64,000 nucleotides of DNA, from positions 63,550,001 to 63,614,000 of the forward strand of contig OX597827.1 in assembly GCA_951406725.2 (NCBI GenBank), written 5' to 3'. Of the stretch, positions 55,276 to 64,000 are shown piece after piece. The notes under the pieces are model-generated. The model was not told the origin of the DNA and did no database searches. It saw nothing but the letters and a program-made list of their open reading frames with translations. Origin of the DNA: Octopus vulgaris. Its lineage: Eukaryota. Position 1 is the first letter of the stretch, and the number at the start of each line of letters is the position of its first letter. Position numbers and translations under genes: made by a program.

Positions 55276-56139
55276 CACACACAAGAATAGACACACACTC
55301 ACACAATTCTAAGTGCATAGATGCACATGGGCGCTACAAAATTGGAATATCTTGTTTCTATCTCTTCCATCTCCTCTCTCTTTTTCTTGCCTTCTCTCTC
55401 TCTCTCTTTAATCTCTCTCTCTCTCTCTGAACCACTATACTTTCCTGGGGAAAAAAAAAGAAAAAAAAGTGATGTAAAATAAACAAATGATAAAAAAAAA
55501 ATGTGAAACAACAATCTGTGCCTCGCTCCACCCTTTTCTCTCATGCACAAACACACACTCACACTCACGCTCTCTCTGGTTTTCTCCTTCTATTCTCTTT
55601 ATTTTTTAAATATAAAATTCAAATATATTAATAGCTCCAAAAAACATATTTAATCAGAATATGTTTACTTTGAATGTAAGGGAGACAATTCTGGTGGAGT
55701 TAATATAAAAAAGATGAAGGAGCTCTTTTTACAAGTGAGAGAAAGAAAGAAGCGAGATCAATATTTCAAAAGAAGAAAAAAAAAAAATAACATGAAACAA
55801 CTCAAAACATTTATTGATTTTTTTTTTTTTTTTGTTTTCCAACCTACTCTCACACTTTTCAGAGATATAGGACAAAAGGAAATGGGGGTATTGTGGTATT
55901 CATGCCTCGCTTCCCAAGGAAGGTGTTTTACTGGACAAACAAAAACTGACATATTAATTTCTTCTGCAACCATTTTTAGTTCTGCTGACAGAAAGAGCTT
56001 CTTTGATGTTCTGGGTTTTTTCTGTAAACCAGATGAGGCCAACAAGTGAACTCCTTTGTGGTCACTGAAATTGTTAGAAACAGCAGCTAAATTCAACATA
56101 CTATAACATCTTTGACTCTTTTAGCATTTAGATTATTAA

Positions 56140-56359
56140 CCCTTTAATGTTTAAACCGACCATATCCGGCTCAAATATTCCAGTTGTTTTATGGTCAAAC
56201 TGGCTAGATTCAACTTCTTACACCTATCCTACAATGTCATTCTAAAGCTAAGCAAACACACCATCGAAATCGCAAAGCTACAACATAATGCATGATTAAT
56301 TCAAAACAATACGAATAAATAAGCATTACATTTAACAGAGTAATCTGAATGCTAAAGGG
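56140..56359. mobile_element. piggyBac-like MITE with TTAA TSD
   Basis: TTAA|ccctttaatgtt ... aatgctaaaggg|TTAA. Confidence 0.8.
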
Positions 56360-56367
56360 TTAAATTA

Positions 56368-56793
56368 TTAACCATCGTGCCAGCAACCACCTTGAGCGCC
56401 TTTTTGAGCTCCATGTGTCTAACACATGTGGGCATGCCTACAAAATCAGAAAACAGCTCAGCTGCCATGACTTTCGGAAACATTTTGTCACACTCAGAGT
56501 TGCTGAAGCATGGAACAAACTACCTGCATCAGTTGTTAGTTGCCGAGACATTGCATCCTTTAAAACCTCAAAGCTTCTTGAAATTCGCCAACACTACACC
56601 TGATATCACCCCCCCCCCCCTCCATACGCATGCACACATGTATATCACGACTCATACACTGTTCACTTTCCTGACTTTTGTATATAATTCTATGTACCTT
56701 ACATGCCCCTTTGATAACTTGTAGTGCACCTGAGCACTATTCACAATAATTTCATTATTATTATTATCATTATTATTATTATTATTATTATTA
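56368..56793 (+). mobile_element. CR1-clade LINE 3' end with (ATT)n tail
   Basis: NTCGHAYKIRKQ..DFRKHFVTLRVAEAWNKLPASVV...SFK matches the CR1 ORF2 C-terminus (TRGH..RV...WN.LP). Confidence 0.85.
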
Positions 56794-56899
56794 TTTTTTA
56801 CTCTGTCAAATATAATGCTTATTTATTCATTTTGTTCACAATTAATCATGAATTATCTAATAGCTTCAAGATTTTGATGAGTTGATTGTTTATATATAT

Positions 56900-57135
56900 A
56901 TCATATTGGTCAAATAGGACGCCACTTGGCTAACTAGTTTGCGGAGTACCTCTGAGACATCAGACTCAGCAATGACATCCCGGTCTCGCACCATTTCCAC
57001 TCTACCGGTCATTTACTACAACACCTGTCTGTTTTCGGATTGTCATTGCGCAGGGGTCAACCAGACTCTCGCCTTTGCCGGGAACAGGAATTAATCTTCT
57101 TTCTTTGCTCCTTTGCGCCACATGGGCTCAACTCC
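56900..57135 (+). pseudogene. Penelope-like GIY-YIG endonuclease relic
   Basis: HIGQIGRHLAN*FAEYL*DIRLSNDIPVSHHFHSTGH...REQELIFFLCSFAPHGLN. Confidence 0.8.
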
Positions 57136-57969
57136 CCTCCTCTCTTCATCAGACACCTACTTCTTCTCTTCACTCCTACCCACCTCTCCTCTCCTCTCTT
57201 CTTCTGACACTTACTTCCTCTTTTCACTTCTATCCACCCTCTCTCTTCATTCACACCCCCAGCACACCCACATCCCATATTCCATGTACCCACACATTAC
57301 AAACGCATATACTTATACATTCACACATCCACATACAACAAAATCACTAGCTCCTATCCACACACACACACACACTTATATATACATTCACATGATATAT
57401 ATTTATTTTATTATAAATGCAAAGCAACACCTCAGAGGAATCGATGTAAGCTCAGATAACAAACTACGATAGGCGAACCGTGATATGATGAGGGATTGCT
57501 GTACCTGTATTTCAAAGGGACAGTTTGACCACATTTTATGTCATGCTGAATCTCCTTGGGAACTACTATTAAGGGTACATGTGTCTGTGGAGTGCTCAGC
57601 CACTTGGATGCTAATTTCACAATCAGGCTGTTTTGTTGATCCGATCATCTGGAACCCCTGTCATGGTGACTAATGGAGTGCAATTTGTTTTTTCTCTTTT
57701 TTTACATCTGTGACTACGTTGTACATTGTGATTATGTACAAGAATTTAGTAATGGTGTTGTTGGGGATAAGATGATGTTAATGCTAGCGTTTAGTAACTA
57801 TTTGTTTTATTGGTTCAAGAACAAGAAAGGAAATGCTTGTAGCTGTTTCATTTTTTTTTTCCTTACCAAAATCTTCTAGATGAAGGAATATAAGGGAGAA
57901 ATGGTAATTCTTGAAATAGCTGTGACAGAGATGGTGAGGATAATGTTGATGGTAGTAGTGACAGCGGGG

Positions 57970-58200
57970 AGGTGGCAAGCTGGCAGACTTGTTAGCACGC
58001 CGGATGAAATGTTTAGTGGTATTTCGTCTGCTGCTACGTTCTGAGTTCAAATTCCTCCGAGGTCGACTTTGCCTTTCATCCTCTCAGGGTCGATTAAACA
58101 AGTACCAGTTATGCACTGGGGTCGATATAATCGACTTAATCCGTTTGTCCTTGTTTGTCCTCTCTGTATTTAGCCCCTTGTGGGTAGTAAAGAAATAGGT
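57970..58200 (+). mobile_element. SINE family A
   Basis: Full family A sequence, with similar gtagtgac..gggg flanks. Confidence 0.9.
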
Positions 58201-59085
58201 AGTGACGGGGGGGGGGTAATTGTCGGTGTGAGTGCTGATGCTGTTGGTAGCGGTGGTGATGTTGTTGTTGTAGATGGTGGTGTTAGCTGTATTACTTTTG
58301 TTGTTGTTATTAGTGGTGGTAGTGTTGGTGATGGTGGTAGTGGAGAGTTATGTTATGGTGGCATTGTTGTTATTGGTGGTGGTGGTGGTGGTGGTGGTGG
58401 TGGTCATGGTAGCAGCGGTGTGACTCAGGCCAGTGATAACATAGGTGGTAACATTAATAGCAGTACAGTTGTGATAATATAATAATTTCATTGTTGGTGT
58501 TCATGAAACTGATAACAGTGGTTGCAGATCACGTTATGTTATCAAGCCTCAGGCTGGCAATTATCACGCGAACTCATGATGAAGAGCAGTCTCACCATGA
58601 CCAACATGCCTTTTAGTCAAACAGTATCCAAGACTACATTATCCAATCTGATTTCCCCCCTTTTTTTTTAGAAAAAAGCAAAAAAAAAAAGCATTAGCTT
58701 GTATACGTTAGTGTAACAGAACTAATAAACACATAAAATGTTGGTTGTGTCAATTCTGTAATTCCTGATTCTTCGTTATTCCTCTTCACCCAGACGAAAT
58801 TTCTCTGCAATTTCATTTATATCACCCAGCAATGTACACACGTACCTGGGTATGTAGAGCTGAGTTGCAAAACCAAATCTCGCTATTTAATCGCTCTTCT
58901 ATTCATTCGTCATTCATTATGCATCAATGTTTGAAGGAAGTCAAGAACGGCAAGGAAAATAAAAATACACATATGCATACATGCATACATATGCATGTAT
59001 ATTTATATATATATATATATATGTATATGCATGTATGTATATATATATATATGTATATATGTATATATGTATATATATGTATATA

Positions 59086-59133
<48 letters not shown>

Positions 59134-59233
59134 TACATGCATACATATATATATATATATGGAGAGGGAGAGAGCTAGATAGATATACATATACATATGT
59201 ATATATACCGGTATGTATGTATGTGTACATATT

Positions 59234-59285
<52 letters not shown>

Positions 59286-59347
59286 TTCATATGTGTATAT
59301 ACATATATTTATGTGTGTTTATATATATGCATGTATGTATGTATGTA

Positions 59348-59387
<40 letters not shown>

Positions 59388-59451
59388 TATATGGAGAGGG
59401 AGAGAGCTAGACAGATGTACATATACAGGTATGTATGTATGTGTACATATT

Positions 59452-59528
<77 letters not shown>

Positions 59529-60711
59529 CGCGTCATTCTGTCTTGGAGAGAAAGTTTCTTGAAGTAGTTAAAAGACACACTGAGCTTGTTTTGTTTGGTT
59601 GGTTCCATTGGTTTGCAAGAACACAAGAACACAGATATATTTCTTCTGGTTAAAATGTTGCAAAGATATAACAACAGAGGAAGTGTTACAAGACTGTTGA
59701 AATTTCGGTAAAATTCTAGCATGTGATTTAGTATCAACTTTTGTAGGTTTTTTTTTTTTTTCATTTTTTGTTGTTGTTGTTGCTGTTCTTTTGTATGTTT
59801 TTTTTTTTTTACTTTCTGTTTTTGGTTTTGGATTCTAAGGTTTCTTTTGTATTTTCACTAGTTTTAATTTTGTTTTCTTTCTTTCTAACTGCATATTTTT
59901 TTTTATTTATTTATTTAGTTATTTATTTATTTATTTATTTATTTATTTCTGTGAGTGTGGAAGTGAATAGAAGATTTTAAGGTTAGAATTAGCTGCAGAG
60001 ATGTCAGCTATATGAACAACATTTTGAATCTGTAAATATCAACTACTTTAATATGCTTTATAGACGGTGCCTGTCTCGGTAGATATAGTTTGTCGACATT
60101 GATTTTGATAGACAGAGTGTGCAGAAATTAACCGGATAGACACAGGATGTAGATACTGACCATGTAGATAGAGTGTGTAGAAATTGACTTTAGAGACATA
60201 GGATGAAGATGCTGATCATAATGAGTAAAAATTGAACGGACAGACACTGTGTGTAAAACGGTGGTCAGATAAACAGAGGATGTAGGTGCTAACCCCATAG
60301 ACACAGACTAAAGATGTTGACTGGATTTAGTAGACACAATAGTTATATCTTAACTGAACAGACCCAGTGAGTAGATATTGACAATTCATCATCATCATCA
60401 TTATCATCGTTTAACGTCCGTTCTCCATGCTAGCATGGGTTGGACGGTTCGACCGGGGATCTGGGAAGCCAGAAGGCTGCCCCAGGCTCCGGTCTTATCT
60501 GGCAATGTTTCTACAGCTGGATGCCCTTCCTGATGCCAACCACTCTGTGAGTGTAGTGGGTGCTTTTTACATGCCACCTGCACTGGAGCCAGGCGAGGCT
60601 GGCATCGGCCAAAGTCGGATTGGTGCATTTTACGTGCCACCTGCACGGAAGCCAGTCAAGGCGGCACTGGCTTCGACCACGATTCGGATAGGGCTTTTTA
60701 CGTATCTCCAG

Positions 60712-60751
<40 letters not shown>

Positions 60752-60877
60752 TATGTATATATATAACAAAACACGATGTACTTTTTGAGTCGATGGATAT
60801 ACCTTGTAGACATTGCCTGAATAGACTCAGTTGGTAGTTGTTGACTTAGTAGATTCAGAATGTAAATATTTAGGTAC

Positions 60878-61040
60878 AGGAGTGGCTGTGTGGTAAGTAG
60901 CTTGCTTACCAGCCACATTGTTCCGGGTTCAGTCTCACTGCATGGCACCTTGGGCAAGTGTCTTCTACTACAGCCTTGGGCCAACCAAAGCCTTGTGAGT
61001 GGATTTGGTAGACGGTAACTGAAAGGAAGCCTGTCGTAAT
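60878..61040 (+). mobile_element. SINE family B 5' half; inverted partner at 61215-61360 and another head at 61578-61676
   Basis: Direct homology to family B. Confidence 0.85.
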
Positions 61041-61046
61041 ATATAC

Positions 61047-61084
<38 letters not shown>

Positions 61085-61111
61085 ATATATATATATGTTT
61101 ATAAATATATA

Positions 61112-61187
<76 letters not shown>

Positions 61188-61674
61188 CATACATATATAC
61201 ATATATATATTTACACCGGGCTTCTTTTAGTTTCTGTTTACCAAACCCACTCACAAGGCTTTGGTCACCCCAAGACTATAGTCGAAGATACTTGTCCGAG
61301 TTACTAAGGTGGAACTGAGCACGGAACCTTGTGCTTGGAAAGCAAACTTGTTACCACATAGACACAACGCATAGATGTTGATAAGATAGATACAGAGCCA
61401 AGATGTTGCTTGGATTGTAGCTAGATAGTCTGGACTGCACAGTTATAATTTATAAAAACGGCAACTAGACAATCATATAACCTCTGTTGAATAGATAAAC
61501 CAATAATATAGATATTCCATTTCATAGACTCAGTGTGGAAATGCTGAATGGATAGACATAGCTTATAAATATTAAATAGCGCAGGAGTAGCTGTGTGGTA
61601 AGTAGCTTGCTTACCAACCACATGGTTCCGGGTTCAGTCCCACTGTGTGGCACCTTGGGCAAGTGTCTTCTACT

Positions 61675-62232
61675 ATCAAAGTGACACTGGGGTAAAATAT
61701 ACGAAGTCCAGTATACCCATCATGACTACCCGTCTGATAAGGGTACACTAGGCACATGTATCACAACCATATGCGTGCAACATGGTGATCTCATATCAAG
61801 ATAAACAGCACATGACCTTACAGGTGGGGCCCAGTTAGAATTTTCTTCTGGTCAAGTAACCCATCTCGCTCAAAAGGTCTCTGCATAGGGGTTGTTTAAG
61901 GATGTTGAACGAAACACCCATGTTTCCAGAGGTGAATTATTCAAACCCCAAAGAATCCTTCTCAACACATGGCTATGATGATCCCCCTCTACTTCTGCTC
62001 ATGATCAGAGATGCACATATCGTTAGCCTCTAAGGGACATGCTCAACTGGTTAAGGTCAATCAACTGACAAGCAAATCTGTGGTTTTGAGCAGAATTTTT
62101 GCTGTAGCCCATCTTTTATACCAAGACAAAACAATTGCACATGATAACACTTCCAATCAGTTAAGATCAGAAGCCACGAGAGCCACTGCCTGGTACTGCA
62201 TCAGGTCATAGAGCCACTGCATCAGGGTATCT
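61675..62232 (-). mobile_element. Non-coding repeat family F, longer copy abutting (TAA)n
   Basis: Homologous to 48205-48447; its minus-strand 5' end joins the (TAA)n array at 62234-62320. Confidence 0.7.
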
Positions 62233-62249
62233 CATTATCATTATTATTA

Positions 62250-62320
<71 letters not shown>

Positions 62321-62321
<1 letters not shown>

Positions 62322-62647
62322 TATGTTTGATTTTTGCTTTATGTTTGTACAAGTTGGCTCCAAGTCTCACCCAGAGACCTCAAGAGACAACAGGTTGGAA
62401 GTTCACGTTGTTGTTATGCCTAGTGTGCCATATATTTGGGGGTTTTTGGTGTTGTACTAGTGAATGTCCAAAAAAAAACCAAAAAAAAACCCGAATTATG
62501 TTTGTTTTAAACCCTGAGATTACATAGAAAGTATTTTGCATAGGATATGAGCAGTTCCCATGAGCACTATCTTTTGAATTTCTGCCATTTTGGGGTTCCC
62601 TTGTATCTGAGTTAGGTAGCAATCAGCCCCTTTCGCTATCATTCCCA
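62321..62647 (-). mobile_element. Second R4/Dong-like 3' end in (TAA)n
   Basis: GMIAKGADCYLTQIQGNPKMAEIQKIVLMGTAHILCKILSM* plus 3' UTR, with long (TAA)n on both sides. Confidence 0.7.
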
Positions 62648-62702
<55 letters not shown>

Positions 62703-62704
62703 GC

Positions 62705-62795
<91 letters not shown>

Positions 62796-62799
62796 GTTA

Positions 62800-62876
<77 letters not shown>

Positions 62877-63188
62877 TATTATTATTAAGCAAGCTAGAAG
62901 AATTGTTAGCATGATGGGTACACTTCACAGCTGTGTTTCATTTGTCTTTATGCTCAAATTTCATCGAGGTCGACTTTATGAGTTCAAATTGCACCAGTGT
63001 CAACTCCTGCCTTTCATCTTTTTGGAGCCAATAAAACAAGTACCAGCTGAGCGCTGGGGGGTTTGATCTAATTGACTTACCCCTCTCCCCCGAAATTTGC
63101 TGGCCTTGTGCCAAAAATTTGAAATCAATATTGTTGTTGCTACTGCTGCGCTTGATGTAACATAAGCGATGGTGGTGGTTTTTGTTGC

Positions 63189-63219
<31 letters not shown>

Positions 63220-63591
63220 GCGCAATCATTTTATATCAATTGATGATACTACGGGGAAACTCTGCTGCTGTTATTGTTATTATTGTTATCGTTGCCGATG
63301 TAGTGGGAGTGGTTATGGTAGTAGTGGTGATGGTGGCAATGGTGGTTGTCGTGGCGATGATGGTGGATGCGGTGTGGGTCAATAGAGATAGACTAGCTAA
63401 TAAATAAACCACTAAACCACCAAGATATATATATATACATATATATACCTTTATATATATATACCTATGTATACATATATGTATATGTATATATATATGT
63501 ATGTATATGTATATGTATATATACACATTTATGTATGTGTGTGTGTATATATATATGTATGTATGTATATGTATATATACACATTTATATA

Positions 63592-63623
<32 letters not shown>

Positions 63624-63642
63624 GGTATACATATATATATAT

Positions 63643-63727
<85 letters not shown>

Positions 63728-63748
63728 CACATATATGTACATATATAT

Positions 63749-63813
<65 letters not shown>

Positions 63814-64000
63814 TATACATATAAATATTGCAGTGTTTTCATATCATTTATTCATATGTTCTTATTGAAGTCTTGTGGCCTTTCTTTTCTTTTTCAAATA
63901 AAAACCTATGTCAATAATATATATCTTCCACATACATACAGGATTTACGCACACGTTTTATATACGTGATGCAAATATACACATACATATATACACACGT

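Noticed and set aside
55714-56099. 111-113 aa ORFs and a plus-strand acceptor at 55862
   Set aside because: They run through poly-A/T tracts, with no convincing donor and no recognisable protein.

Overview
Eukaryotic, AT-rich, repeat-dense DNA. The tRNA-derived SINE families and huge (TA)n/(CA)n/(TAA)n/(TCTA)n microsatellites resemble an Octopus (coleoid cephalopod) genome; this assignment is inferred. There is no intact protein-coding gene, and almost all supplied ORFs are microsatellite or SINE artefacts. The window looks like part of a very large intron, with a well-formed 9-nt microexon candidate on the minus strand (11795-11803) and a few weaker exon candidates. Mobile DNA includes at least five SINE families, three non-autonomous Helitrons, several MITEs (TTAA/piggyBac-like, Tc2/pogo-like, GG-ended 8-9 bp TSD), mariner and piggyBac transposase relics, a CR1 3' end, two TAA-targeted R4/Dong 3' ends and five Penelope-like (PLE) relics. 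The most interesting signal is a PLE-associated hammerhead ribozyme (HHR) system. It comprises an intact type I HHR in a 331-bp terminally redundant unit (retrozyme-like, 4650-5035), a short non-coding element joining a B-box-like head to a minimal HHR (three copies; possibly a PLE-mobilised SINE), a further degenerate HHR, and many fold-back insertions within (TA)n tracts. Coordinates were read by eye and repeat boundaries are approximate.
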